Below are positions 53,111-64,000 of a DNA stretch of 64,000 nucleotides, in pieces. The stretch is taken from assembly GCA_963793425.1 (NCBI GenBank), contig CAWCAG010000005.1, positions 1,344,001 through 1,408,000 of the forward strand, in the 5' to 3' direction. The position numbers were made by a program, and so were the translations under genes. The first letter of the stretch is position 1. Each line of letters begins with the position of its first letter. The stretch comes from an uncultured cyanobacterium (GTDB lineage: Bacteria; Cyanobacteriota; Cyanobacteriia; Cyanobacteriales; CAWCAG01). The notes beneath the pieces are model-generated. The model was given only the letters and a program-made list of their open reading frames with translations. It was not told the origin of the DNA and did not search any database.

Positions 53111-53401
53111 ATGAAAATAACTTTAATCTTGAGAAAGTGGTATCACCGCTTAAAAGCTTTACTAAGCAAATCTTCTGGGCTAGCTACTACTTCTCCAATA
53201 ATACCAGAAGAACTACCTTTTTTAGAGGCTATTTGTTGGCAAACTAAAGATGTATATCGTTTTCAGCCAGAAGAAATGTTAAGGCGTTACGAACGAGGCT
53301 GGAGATATCACAGTTTATTCAAAAATCTAGAAGGGCAAGAACTAGATTTTTTAAAGCAATTGGCGAAAAAGTATGATTCTTGGCTGCAAGCTGACCTGTG
53401 A
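53111..53401 (+). CDS. Small hypothetical protein, probable partner/antitoxin of the downstream nucleotidyltransferase
   Basis: ATG at 53111 and an EMLRRYERGWRY motif. Its TGA overlaps the GTG of the next gene. Confidence 0.6.
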   Translation: MKITLILRKWYHRLKALLSKSSGLATTSPIIPEELPFLEAICWQTKDVYRFQPEEMLRRYERGWRYHSLFKNLEGQELDFLKQLAKKYDSWLQADL

Positions 53402-53774
53402 AGTTTAGATTAGATCATCATAATAAAATAATGATTGTTTTACCGCTAAACTACTAGCAAATAGTGATCGCTATATAGATAAAAGTGTTAAGGCAAGAGA
53501 CTTAATTGACTTAGCTATTCTCAGACTTCAATCACCCATTCCTGACTCAGCAATCAACAAAGCCGAGAATGCCTACGAAGTAATACGTCCTTTAAAAAAT
53601 GCTCTACAAAGTTTTCAAGAAAAACCAGATTTTCGAGAAGGTTGCTTTGCTAGTTTGCAAATTGAGGATTCACAAGTTCCAAAAATTGTTGATGGTATTG
53701 ATCTTTTGGCTGGGGATTTTAATTTGCCTAGTACCGAAAGAAGTTTTAAGGAACAGCGTGAAATATGGGAATGA
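53398..53774 (+). pseudogene. AbiEii/AbiGii-type nucleotidyltransferase toxin with large internal deletion
   Basis: VKFRLDHHNKIMIVL is joined out of frame to DCFTAKLLANSDR...ARDLIDL...EIWE*, which carries the KL..R...RDL.DL helical motif. The catalytic NTase core is absent. Confidence 0.7.
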
Positions 53775-53778
53775 AAAA

Positions 53779-53805
53779 TAGGGACGTTTACTAAAACGTC
53801 CCTAC
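53779..53805. terminator. GTAG-type palindrome between convergent genes
   Basis: Perfect 11-bp stem TAGGGACGTTT-ACTA-AAACGTCCCTA. Confidence 0.7.
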
Positions 53806-53825
53806 AAAAGTAATATTTACTTAAA

Positions 53826-56800
53826 TTAATCAATCCCTTCAATCCTATCTTCTACTTCTTGGTACAACTCCCGCAAACGGTCTAAATTAGTTTCACTGGT
53901 TTCCCAATAACCTCGCCCATTAACTTCTAATAAAGTAGAAACCACCTTACGGAAAGAATTAGGATTGAGGTTCATCAAACGCTTACACATCTCCTCATCT
54001 TCAATAAAGGTAGTATTCACATCTTCATAAACCCAATTATCCACCGCATCGGCTGTGGCTGACCAACCCATAGTATTGACCAAACGCTTCGATAACTCCC
54101 GGACACCTTCATAACCGTGGTTTAACATCCCTTCATACCATTTCGGATTGAGGAGTTTGGTGCGGGCATCTAAACGGACTGTTTCTGATAAAGTGCGGAC
54201 TTGGGCATTGGCTGTGGTAGTGTCGGCGATGTAGGCTTTGGGGGCTTTACCATCTTTACGTAAACTTGCTACCACTTTGGTAGGGTCAGAATCAAAATAA
54301 TGGGAAACATCCGTTAAACTAATCTCCGAAGAATCCAGGTTTTGGAAAGTTACATCAGCCGTTTTTAAAGCCGTTTCAAAAATGGTGCGGTTATCATCCA
54401 TAACCCCAGGATTATCAGAATTAAAGGAGAAGGATTTGCGCTTCACGTACATCTCCTGTAACTCCTTCTCCTCTTCCCAAGTACTGTTTTCCACCGCCAG
54501 GTTAATATTGGAAGAATAGGAACCGGAAGCATTGGAGAAGACACGGGTAGCAGCTTGGCGGAGGTTAATGCCCATTTCCTTAGCTTGTTCGGTGGCGTGT
54601 TTGCGGACAAAGTTCATTTCCAGGGGTTCATCGGCTTCGGCGGCCATTTTTACCCCTTGATCTAAAAGGTTCATTTGGTTAATAAACAGATCCCGGAATA
54701 CTCCTGAACAATTAATTACCACATCAATACGGGGACGACCTAATTCTTCTAAAGGAATTAGTTCCAACTTATTCACCCTTCCCAAAGCATCGGCAACGGG
54801 TGTCACCCCAATCATCCACATAATCTGTGCCAAGGATTCGCCGTAGGTTTTGATGTTATCTGTACCCCAGAGGACGCAGGCAATGGTTTCAGGCCACTGA
54901 CCATTATTATCTGCTTTTTGCCGTGCTAACAAGCGGTCTACCACTACCTTGGCTGATTGTACAGCGGCACTAGTGGGGATAGATTGGGGGTCGAGGGCAT
55001 GAATATTTTTACCTGTGGGTAAAACATCAGGGTTACGGATAGGATCGCCTCCCGGTCCAGGTAGGACATATTCCCCAGCTAAGGCTTTTAGTAAGCCACC
55101 CAATTCATTATCAGCACAAACCTGTTCTAAGCAAAACTCCAAATATTCAAATAAAGATTTTAGTTCTTCTGCTTTAATTTTGCTGAAACCTTTTTCTTGC
55201 AATGCTTCTAACCAAGGTTCTTTTTTACCCATGTTAAAGAAGTTGAGTTTTGCTACTTGGGAAACCCTTCCTTCAGCATCTATTTGGGTTTGTACCAAAG
55301 CTGTCACCGCCGCGCGAGTAGCTAAGGTGATTTCTTGCAATAACTCTACATCTTCTAAAATCCCTTGGTCATTGCGGCGATAAATTTCATCTAAATCGCG
55401 ATTAATACTCTGGGCAATAATCCGAGGTAAACCAACAATTTTTTCTTCCTCACGATCTAAGCTAGCAATGTTAACCAAAGTGGCGATCGCTTCTTCGGCA
55501 CTAGGAGGTTTACCAACCACGTGTAAACCACAAGGTAGCAACCGAGATTCAATTTCCATTAAGCGGCGGTAAACGTTGCCAATAATGGTATCCCTCTCTT
55601 CACTACTTAAATCCTTTGCATCGACTTCGGGTAAATCAATGTCTTTATCTAGATTCACCAACCGACACTTATCGACAATGGTATTAACAATAGGAACACC
55701 ACGGCCAGTATCTTTAAGGGTTTGGTAGGAACCAATTAAATCACCAAGTTCCTTTAACCCTTTATACAACCCGGCATTCTCCGCCGGAGGTGTAAGGTAA
55801 GAAATTGTTTCAGCATAACTACGTCGCTTAGCAATTGTTGCTTCAGAAGGGTTGTTGGCTGCGTAGTAATAAATGTTGGGAATTGAACCAATTAAGTTAT
55901 CAGGATAACATTCCCCAGACATCCCCATTTGCTTTCCAGGCATGAATTCCAAAGAACCATGAGTACCAAAATGCAACACTGCATCTGCTTGCCATATCTG
56001 TTCTAAGTAGGTGTAGTAAGCCGCAAAACCGTGGTGAGGAGAAGCAGAACGAGAAAACAACAGACGCATGGGATCACCTTCATAACCAAAGGTTGGTTGT
56101 ACCCCAATGAAAACGTTACCAAATTGTTTGCCGTAAATCAATAAATTCTGTCCATCACTATTAAGATTTCCTGGTGCAGGACCCCAATTCTCCTCTAACC
56201 TTTGGTAATAGGGGGTTAAGCGTTCGTATTGAGGAACAGACATCCGGTAAGCAATATTTAATTCCGGGCTATTATATTGCGCCTGGGCATCATGAATTAC
56301 CTCTTGCATCAACTCTTCAGCAGATTCTGGTACATCCTTCAAGTCATAGCCATTTTGCTGTAAAGCTTTCATGACTTCGTAAATGGAACCAAAAACATCC
56401 AAATAAGCGGCGGTTCCTACATTGCCTTTATCTGGTGGGAAACTAAAGACGGTAATGGCAACTTTTTTGTCTAACTTCGGCTTACAACGTAAGTTTGCCC
56501 ATTTCAAAGCTCTTTGGGCGATCGCTTCGATGCGATCTTGTAGGGTAATTGCTTTTCCGGTTACGGCATCTCGACCAGAAAGAATAATTGGTTCAATAGC
56601 GCCATCAAGTTCGGGAATAGCTATTTGCAGCGCAACCTGCACCGGATGCAAACCTAATTCGCTTTTTTCCCATTCTTCGGTGGTTTGGAAAACTAAAGGC
56701 AAAGCCACCATGTAAGGACGGTTCAACTTTTTCAGGGCATCAATAGCTTTGGGATGATCCTGTCTGGCTGGTCCCCCCACTAAAGCGAACCCTGTTAAGG

Positions 56801-57812
56801 AAACTACCACATCTATCAAAGGACGGTTATTAGCTTTCCTACCACTCCAAAAATAAGCTTCTACCGGTTTAGAAAAGTCTAATCCCCCCGCAAATACCGG
56901 AATTACCCTCGCTCCCATAGCTTCAAATTCCTGTACCATGGCTACATAGTGGGCATCATCTCCAGTAACGAGGTGAGTTCTTTGCAAAACTAAACCAATA
57001 CAAGGAGCAAGAGGATCTTTTAAGTTTTGGGGTATTTCTGTACGGCTATCATACCATTGCAAATATTCTTGTACATCCTCAAACATCTTGCTACTAAGGG
57101 GATGCCAGATACCCATATCGGGATAAACAACAGGTTCGTTGTAGGTAACTAACTGATTCTGCTCATCTTCATTTAAAACATATTTATCCGTCAACATAAG
57201 CAGGAAGTTCTCTAAATTATCTGCTGAACCTCCTAACCAATATTGGAAGCTCAACATGAAGTTACGGGCATCCTGAGCCTTATCCATAGGCATATACTTG
57301 AGAACTTTTGGTAAAGTCCGCAGCATCTTCAACATCCCATCTTGGAAAGAAGCCCCCGACTTCTCTTTGCGCTTACGCATAAACTGAGCGATCGCACTTT
57401 TACTTTGTCCTAATTGAGCCATAGAAAAGCTGCCCAATTTATTCAGGCGCATTACTTGGGGCATAGAAGGAAAAACAATTGCTGCATCTAAGCGATCTCG
57501 ATGGGGTTGTACTGCCGTAATTACTTTCTCGGCTAAATCTTCGATAAAAATTAATGAGCCAATAAAAATATTCGCTTCGGCAATATCTCTTTGGAATTCT
57601 TCATAGTTTTCCTGGCTACGTAATTCTTCAATCAAATAACCGCTAATTTCTATAGCAACTTTCGGGTTATTTTTGTTAATGGAGCGAACAGCTTGAGAGA
57701 TAGTACTTTGATACTGAGGCTCTAGGACGACATAGACCACTTTTACTCTTTCACGCCCATTAATCGTTTCCGGGGCTATGTGTCGAATGGTGGACTTGAC
57801 GTTAGTGAACAT
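53826..57812 (-). CDS. chlH: Magnesium chelatase subunit H
   Basis: 1328 aa with [37 protein letters not shown] and [10 protein letters not shown] motifs. Confidence 0.98.
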   Translation of the reverse strand: MFTNVKSTIRHIAPETINGRERVKVVYVVLEPQYQSTISQAVRSINKNNPKVAIEISGYLIEELRSQENYEEFQRDIAEANIFIGSLIFIEDLAEKVITAVQPHRDRLDAAIVFPSMPQVMRLNKLGSFSMAQLGQSKSAIAQFMRKRKEKSGASFQDGMLKMLRTLPKVLKYMPMDKAQDARNFMLSFQYWLGGSADNLENFLLMLTDKYVLNEDEQNQLVTYNEPVVYPDMGIWHPLSSKMFEDVQEYLQWYDSRTEIPQNLKDPLAPCIGLVLQRTHLVTGDDAHYVAMVQEFEAMGARVIPVFAGGLDFSKPVEAYFWSGRKANNRPLIDVVVSLTGFALVGGPARQDHPKAIDALKKLNRPYMVALPLVFQTTEEWEKSELGLHPVQVALQIAIPELDGAIEPIILSGRDAVTGKAITLQDRIEAIAQRALKWANLRCKPKLDKKVAITVFSFPPDKGNVGTAAYLDVFGSIYEVMKALQQNGYDLKDVPESAEELMQEVIHDAQAQYNSPELNIAYRMSVPQYERLTPYYQRLEENWGPAPGNLNSDGQNLLIYGKQFGNVFIGVQPTFGYEGDPMRLLFSRSASPHHGFAAYYTYLEQIWQADAVLHFGTHGSLEFMPGKQMGMSGECYPDNLIGSIPNIYYYAANNPSEATIAKRRSYAETISYLTPPAENAGLYKGLKELGDLIGSYQTLKDTGRGVPIVNTIVDKCRLVNLDKDIDLPEVDAKDLSSEERDTIIGNVYRRLMEIESRLLPCGLHVVGKPPSAEEAIATLVNIASLDREEEKIVGLPRIIAQSINRDLDEIYRRNDQGILEDVELLQEITLATRAAVTALVQTQIDAEGRVSQVAKLNFFNMGKKEPWLEALQEKGFSKIKAEELKSLFEYLEFCLEQVCADNELGGLLKALAGEYVLPGPGGDPIRNPDVLPTGKNIHALDPQSIPTSAAVQSAKVVVDRLLARQKADNNGQWPETIACVLWGTDNIKTYGESLAQIMWMIGVTPVADALGRVNKLELIPLEELGRPRIDVVINCSGVFRDLFINQMNLLDQGVKMAAEADEPLEMNFVRKHATEQAKEMGINLRQAATRVFSNASGSYSSNINLAVENSTWEEEKELQEMYVKRKSFSFNSDNPGVMDDNRTIFETALKTADVTFQNLDSSEISLTDVSHYFDSDPTKVVASLRKDGKAPKAYIADTTTANAQVRTLSETVRLDARTKLLNPKWYEGMLNHGYEGVRELSKRLVNTMGWSATADAVDNWVYEDVNTTFIEDEEMCKRLMNLNPNSFRKVVSTLLEVNGRGYWETSETNLDRLRELYQEVEDRIEGID

Positions 57813-58075
57813 TCAGCTTAGGCTCCTTAAAATAATTGGCAGGTTTTCAAAAAAGATCAGGCAACAGCCTTGGGAAAAGAATAATGTAAAATTCTTCTAC
57901 ACTATTTCGATTAACACGTTTTTTAGAGTTTTATTGCCAAATATATTCAATAGTTTGGCATCTCTAACTTAAATATTTCTCTATCAAACACTTATGGTCA
58001 TAGCAAGTTTTTATCAGAAAAAGCTTACTCTATGTTGGGTTTGCTCTTCATTCGATACAATTCGATAACAAAAAG

Positions 58076-58093
58076 TTTATATTTATTTACAAA
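58076..58093. promoter_or_regulatory. Possible HLR1 (RpaB) site in the chlH / lpxB-like divergent promoter
   Basis: TTTATATT-TA-TTTACAAA fits the (G/T)TTACA(T/A)(T/A)-N2 direct repeat with one mismatch. The AT-rich context lowers specificity. Confidence 0.35.
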
Positions 58094-58144
58094 TAGTGAT
58101 GTGATTACTATAGTAATTATTTGCAAAAATACATATAAAAGTTA

Positions 58145-59432
58145 TTGACAAAAGATATATTTATATGTATGGAGAATTCAACTTCAGTAACTAAAGATAT
58201 TCTTATCCTCTCTAACGGTCCAGGGGAAATATCAACTTGGGTAAGGGCTGTAGTCAAAGCCCTCAGAAAAAGATTCCCAACTCAGCAAGCTAGAATTTCA
58301 GTAATTTTATCTCCTTGTCCCAATGGCACGGGCAAAGAAGCAGCAATTGCCCGTAGTTACCCAGAAGTAGATAGGGTACAAGGAGCAGAAGATTTTTGGG
58401 CTTTTTTATTGTGGGGCAAGACAAAAGAAAACTGGCAATGGTGGAATCGCGGTGTAGTTTTGTTTTTAGGGGGGGATCAAGTTTTTCCCTGTAGTTATTG
58501 GCAAGCGTCTTGGTTATAAAACCATTGTTTATGCCGAATGGGAAGCTCGTTGGTATCGTTGGGTTGACTACTTTGTAGCGATGAAGCCGCAAGTCATGGC
58601 TGAGATACCTAAACCATACCGTCACAAATGTCAGATTGTCGGGGATTTAATGGCCGATGTGGAAAGGCAAAATAGTTCTGGAAGAGAAACAGAACTAATC
58701 GGCTTATTACCAGGCTCAAAGTCCGCTAAACTTGCTCAAGGAGTTCCCTTGGCACTCTCCATTGCTGAATACGTAAAATCTCAACGCCCTCAAACTCGCT
58801 TCATGATTCCTGTGGCCCCTACCCTTGATTTAAAAAGTTTAGGGAAATACGCCAACCTCGATGACAACCCTGTCATAAAAAAATTAGGTAACGTAACCGC
58901 AGAATTAGTCATACCAGAAAAAGTTGGGCAAACGCCCTATTTAATGACCACTGGTGGCGTAAAAATAGACTTAATCACTCAATTTCCTGCCCACGAACAG
59001 TTATCCAACTGTCGCTTCTGCTTAACCACTGTGGGGGCAAACACAGCCGAATTAGCTTCTTTAGCTATACCAATGATTGTGCTTATTCCTACTAACCAAT
59101 TAGAAGCAATGCGTGCCTGGGATGGCTTACCAGGAATTTTAGCTAACTTACCGATAGTAGGGACTCCATTTGCAAAAACTATTAATTGGCTGGTTTGGCA
59201 ATGGTTCCAGAAGCATAAAACCCTATATGCCTGGCCGAATATTTGGGCAAGACAAGAAATTGTTCCAGAATTAGTAGGGAAGCTCAAACCTGAATATATA
59301 GCTAAGTACTGCTTAAATTGGTTAAAAAATCCTGAGCAACTTCAAAAAGTGCGAGAACAATTAACCCAAATAAGAGGTCAAAGTGGGGCAGCACAAAAAA
59401 TTGCTAAATTAGCTGGAGAAATATTGAATTGA
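58145..59432 (+). CDS. Lipid-A-disaccharide synthase-like protein, split by one extra base near 58481
   Basis: ILSNGPGE and GGDQ, then in the +1 frame PVVIGKRLGY...GLLPGSK, TTVGANTAEL and AWPNIWA..EIVPEL. The true start may be the ATG at 58169. Confidence 0.8.
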
Positions 59433-59801
59433 ACAATTTGCCTGTACAAAGAGGCCAAGGCTGAAAAGTAATGGTGAAAGACCCTATAATATTAAGAGTG
59501 TGGATTCTTTGGTAATACTACTAACTACGAACATAAAAAATTATCCTTAGTTTGTAAGTAATAAGCCCAATAAACTCAGAAAATGTTGCTAAACATACAA
59601 AAAAAAGATTCCCTCATACTAAATATATAAGTTGACAATCTCACGAATATAAACAAAGATACGATTAATAATTTCCAGAAATTCTCTACTCTGAGGCCCT
59701 GGCATATTTACAAAGAACGAAATATTTTAGTTGCAGGTCATTAAAATATCTATTTAAGTAAAGTGAAATATTTCTATTGAAGGTAATGAAGGTGGGTAGG
59801 C

Positions 59802-61226
59802 TTGATGAATTTTGAACAAAATTACAAACAGTGTATAAATAAGCTGATCTGGGCTACCAAAGAACTCAGGGTGGAAATCGAGCCAACCCAACTTTCTAGA
59901 ATAGCTGAGCTAATAGTTCAAACAATGACTGGCCCTTGGCGCTATTTCCATAGTACTGAACATATTTTTGAAGTTGGTGGTGGAGAGAAACCCATTGAAG
60001 TACTAGCGGCATTGTTTCATGATGTCGTCTACGTTCAAGTAGACCAAAGTGTCAATTTCAACCTTTCTTATTACATTACCCCTTTTGTTAAACAATCAAG
60101 GGATAGCCTGGTAATTAGACCCCAAAGTGAGCTGCCCGAAGACTTCATTTTTGAGCTGGTATTATCAACATTTGGTTTCTCTTCTGGGCAAATCCTTTCT
60201 CCTTATCAAGGGGAAAATGAATTCCTGAGCGCTTTAGTAGGGGCCAAAGTTTTAGAACCTTTTTTAAAACCTAGCCAAATCCTGCAAATGATCGCTTGTG
60301 TTGAAGCGACTATTCCCTTCCAATCTAGAGATGAAGCAGGTTTAACCTCTAGCGATCGCCTTTATCTTCGCTTGCAAAATACCAACAAAAAGTTAGATAT
60401 TGGCATGGGGGAAGCAGAGTTAAGGGAAACAGTAAAAAGCTCTGTAACATTATCCAACCGAGATGTAGGCAGTTTTGCTTATCCTAGCTCAGCCAAATTT
60501 CTAGACTGTACTTGGAGTTTATTGCCTGAAACCAACCATAGTTTAGAAAATGCCAACTCTTACACGGCGAACCAATATAGAGTCGCCTTACAAAAAATGG
60601 CAGGTTTCATGAATTTTCTGAAACCGGAAGTGGTGTTTAAAAGGTTTAAAGGACAACCTGATGAACAAACCTATAATCGCATGGTTGATATGGCCAAGCG
60701 CAATATTGAAATAGCAAAACTCTATCTTGGTAGTAAACTCTTCACTATTGCGATTATTGAAGCACTCTCTTTGCGGATCGGTCAGGGCATTGCTTTATCA
60801 ATCATGGTGGGGGAGTTACCAACTTTCGGGTTCTCAGGATGTCGCTTAGTTAACTTTATTCCTAATGTCCCTAATGCCTATCCCCCCAAAACAGACATAG
60901 AACTAGAAGTTCTGCATCTACTAGAAGTAGGAAGAATCAAAAGTTCTTCCTATGATATCAAAAACTCTCCCCTAGCAACCTTTGCTGTCAAATCTATTGG
61001 CTTTGATGGCATTCGTCAGATGATGGATATTGTGCAAGAATTTTTTCAAGGAAATGTTAATTCGGAAGATTTTCTTTCCCGGTGCAACCCTAATGTTACG
61101 GAAACTATTATAGAAGGGATTCTTCAACTTCTTGATACACGTAAGGCTCTACTTTGTATGCCCAAAAATACTAATATTAACTCTTCTGTATCTGAAGCTA
61201 GTCAATCTAGAATTTTATCCCAGTAG
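59802..61226 (+). CDS. Long HD-domain-like hypothetical protein (paralogue 1)
   Basis: RYFHSTEH, LAALFHDVVY, EATIPF and LSNRDV motifs give an H...HD...D pattern. Confidence 0.75.
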   Translation: MMNFEQNYKQCINKLIWATKELRVEIEPTQLSRIAELIVQTMTGPWRYFHSTEHIFEVGGGEKPIEVLAALFHDVVYVQVDQSVNFNLSYYITPFVKQSRDSLVIRPQSELPEDFIFELVLSTFGFSSGQILSPYQGENEFLSALVGAKVLEPFLKPSQILQMIACVEATIPFQSRDEAGLTSSDRLYLRLQNTNKKLDIGMGEAELRETVKSSVTLSNRDVGSFAYPSSAKFLDCTWSLLPETNHSLENANSYTANQYRVALQKMAGFMNFLKPEVVFKRFKGQPDEQTYNRMVDMAKRNIEIAKLYLGSKLFTIAIIEALSLRIGQGIALSIMVGELPTFGFSGCRLVNFIPNVPNAYPPKTDIELEVLHLLEVGRIKSSSYDIKNSPLATFAVKSIGFDGIRQMMDIVQEFFQGNVNSEDFLSRCNPNVTETIIEGILQLLDTRKALLCMPKNTNINSSVSEASQSRILSQ

Positions 61227-61343
61227 TCAACAATTGTTAGCTCATTTTCCGTCTACCTCTTTCAAAGGCAACTTGATTATATATAGTTAGGATCTAACTT
61301 TGATTAGTACAATCATTTTTAAGCAATTCAAAGGGTAGACTTG

Positions 61344-62711
61344 ATGAGCTTTGAGTTAAATCACCAAAAATGCTTAGAAAAGCTAACCTGGGCTACTGAG
61401 ACAGCTTCAGGTTCAAGTTGAGTTGACACAACTTATAAAGGTTACTGAGCTAATAGTCCAAACAATGACAGGCTCTTGGAGATATTATCATAATACTGAA
61501 CATATTCTCAAGGTAGGGGGGACAGATAATCCTATTGAAGTATTAGCTGCTCTTTTCCACGATATTGTTTATGTCCAAATAGACCGCAGCTTTCACTTTA
61601 ATTTTACCTACTATCTTGCTCCTTTTATCAAGCAAGGTCGAACACAGCTAATTATCCGTGATCACGAAGAATTACCCCAAGATATTATCTTCGAGATGGT
61701 AATAGCTATATTTGGCTACAATCCTGGAGAAATTCTTTCTCCTCGCAAAGGGCAAAACGAATTTCTCAGCGCTTTGGTAGCAGGGAAAGTTCTTGAATCT
61801 TTCCTAACTCTAGCTCAAATACTCCAAGTTGTTGTTTGTATTGAAGCAACTATTCCTTTTCGTTGTAAATCCTCTCAAGGTTTAACCCCTAGCGAGAAAC
61901 TTTATGAGGTTCTTAAATACACAAATAGTAAGTTTGAAATTGGCTTAACAGAACAAGAAATTATTTTAACAATAAAAAGTTCAGTTAAATTAGCTAACCG
62001 AGATATTCTTAGTTTTGCTAGTCCCCGTGCTGCTACTTTTTTAGATGAGACTTGGAATTTATTAGCAGAAACCCATCCTAGTTTCAAAAATATCAATTCT
62101 TACACAGTAAAAGAGTATCGAGTTGCTTTGCAAAAAACAGCTAAGGCTATGTATAAGATTGAACCAAGCTGTATATTTAGACAATTTCAAGGACAACCAG
62201 AGCCGCAAGATTATCAAATTTTGCTAGAAACAGCGAGAAAAAATCTCAGAGTTGCCCGTCTTTACTTAACCAGCAAGCTGTTTACAATTGCTATTATAGA
62301 AGCCCTTTCTACACGTATTGGCAAAGGTATAAGCTTAGCTGTGATGGTCGGAGAATTACCTGGGGCGGGGCAGATATTAGCCGTTTAGCTAACTTTATTC
62401 CTATCCTTAAAAATAACTATATTTGCAATAATGATATTGAACTTGAGGTCTTAAACTTATTGCAAGAAGGTAGGATTAGGAATTCTTTTTACGACATAAA
62501 AGATTCTCCTTTAACTACTTTTATTGTTAAATCTATCGGTTTTGATAGTATCAAAGGAAATGTTGAGTTGATGAATAAGTTTTTTCAGAGAAAAATAGCT
62601 TCTGAAGATTTCTTGACTAGCTGTAATACTAACGTGACAGAAGCTATTACTCAAGGTATCGTGCAGCTTACAGATGTTCGTCAAGAATTATTGTTGAAAC
62701 GTTTACAATAA
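61344..62711 (+). CDS. Long HD-domain-like hypothetical protein (paralogue 2), two frameshifts
   Basis: Collinear with paralogue 1 from MSFELNHQKCLEKLTWAT. There is one extra base near 61401 and one missing G near 62367-62370. Motifs RYYHNTEH, LAALFHDIVY and LANRDI are present. Confidence 0.75.
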
Positions 62712-63212
62712 CTAGATACAAATAGTCAATACTTGCATTTTGGTTAAAGATAAAGCTTCAGACTATAATTGAGATTGAGAGAACTTCAAAATATAGCTGT
62801 TAGTTAAATGTATCAACTCAAAAATTAAAGGGGTGTTTGACTGCTGCTACTCAAAAAAGCCAGACTGACTAACCTACTGGCAAAATCGCAAACATCTACC
62901 AATAAGTACTGGAGTTAGTAAGTCTGCTCAATTAATTTGGAATATCGTAAATTCACTGCTCTATGAAGATACTTAACACTTTAACAAGTATTAATACTGG
63001 ATAGTTTTAGTTTTGATGATATTCTATTAATCATAGCAGGGTGAAAATTCGGATGGTCATTACCAGGTCTTACAGAGAAATTCACATAATATTGTGAGCA
63101 AGAAATCCTGAAATCTAGATAGTAAGGCTGTATTTGTATTGGGTGCATCACGGCCGAAAGTTCGACGTGTCAAGAATGCAAAGACAACCATACAAGCAAA
63201 GTCAGAGTAAGA

Positions 63213-64000
63213 ATGTTGACTATTGGCGGTTACCTAATCAAAGAGCAACTGTTTGAAAGCGCCCATTCTAAAATTTATCGTGGCTATCGGGAAATTGATC
63301 AGCAATCTGTAGTAGTAAAAATGCTTAAAGATGCTTATCCTTCCCCGGAGCGAATCGCTTGGTTTCAAAGGGAATACGAACTCCTCCAATCCCTCAATCT
63401 TATTGGGGTAGCGGAGGCTTACGAGTTAGTCACCTACCAATCTACATGGGCCATGATTTTAGAGGATTTTGGAGGTGAATCCCTAGAAAAATTAGAATTG
63501 GCTGGAGCATTAAGTATCCCTGAATTTTTGCCCTTAGCTATTAAAATTACCGGAATTTTGGGGCAAATTCACGGTTGTTCTGTTATCCATAAAGATATTA
63601 ACCCTTCTAATATTGTACTTAACCCTCAAAGCGGAGAGGTTAAAATCATTGACTTTGGCATTGCGACTTTACTATCGCGAGAGAATCCTACTTTCCGCAA
63701 TCCTAATGTCTTAGAAGGTACTGTTGCTTACATTTCCCCAGAGCAAACAGGGCGTATGAATCGCTCTATGGATTATCGTAGCGATTTTTATTCTTTAGGG
63801 GTAACTTTCTACAAATTATTGACAGGGAGAGTACCTTTCGTTACTGATGAAGCTATTGAATTAGTTCATGCCCACATAGCTAAGCAGCCTCCCCCTTTGC
63901 AGCAGGATAGCGAGACTGGGCAAGAAGAAATTCCCCAGGTAATTGTAGATATTGTCATGAAGTTGATGGCTAAAAATGCTGAGGAGCGGTATCAATCTGC
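63213..64000 (+). CDS. Ser/Thr protein kinase domain, N-terminus of a probable kinase/AAA-ATPase/sensor hybrid (runs off the window)
   Basis: My translation reads MLTIGGYLIKEQLFES...ILEDFGGESL...IHKDINPSNI...KIIDFGIA...EGTVAYISPEQTGRMNRSMDYRSDFYSLG. Absent from the ORF track because there is no stop in the window. Confidence 0.92.
   Translation, partial: MLTIGGYLIKEQLFESAHSKIYRGYREIDQQSVVVKMLKDAYPSPERIAWFQREYELLQSLNLIGVAEAYELVTYQSTWAMILEDFGGESLEKLELAGALSIPEFLPLAIKITGILGQIHGCSVIHKDINPSNIVLNPQSGEVKIIDFGIATLLSRENPTFRNPNVLEGTVAYISPEQTGRMNRSMDYRSDFYSLGVTFYKLLTGRVPFVTDEAIELVHAHIAKQPPPLQQDSETGQEEIPQVIVDIVMKLMAKNAEERYQS

Overview
AT-rich cyanobacterial chromosomal DNA. Support: chlL/chlN/chlH, about 20 HIP1 octamers (GCGATCGC) counted by eye, heptamer STRR repeats and four Uma2 genes. 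Product calls come from motif recognition and recalled family resemblance; no database search was run. Layout: (1) 1-3 kb is a mosaic of internally deleted genes (beta-propeller-like protein, PEP-CTERM remnants, O-antigen-ligase-like gene). (2) 3-25 kb is mostly housekeeping: obgE, GT2, a PirA-like small gene with an NtcA-like box that the ORF track missed, patatin, SAM hydrolase, phhB, a candidate ~290-nt sRNA/sORF transcript, chlL-DUF5331-chlN, an RND pump, an L,D-transpeptidase, typA, an orphan TpsB and a GIY-YIG protein. (3) 25-53 kb is a large surface-polysaccharide locus: Wzz-like, WbpM/PglF-like, O-antigen ligase family, wzt-sulfotransferase-wzm, a CDP-3,6-dideoxyhexose (tyvelose-type) pathway linked to a GtrB/GT-C pair, and rmlD/A/C with rhamnosyltransferases, interrupted by solo Uma2, HsdR-like and aspartic protease genes. 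(4) 53-64 kb holds decayed toxin-antitoxin remnants, chlH, an lpxB-like gene, a tandem pair of long HD-domain proteins, and the start of a Ser/Thr kinase. Five small frameshifts in four otherwise intact genes look like sequencing or assembly indels. The best leads are the sulfotransferase with a 21-bp tandem-repeat coiled coil between wzt and wzm (possible sulfate-capping chain-length ruler), the HD-pair/kinase locus, the tyvelose-Gtr module and the candidate sRNA. No rRNA, tRNA, CRISPR array or transposase was seen.
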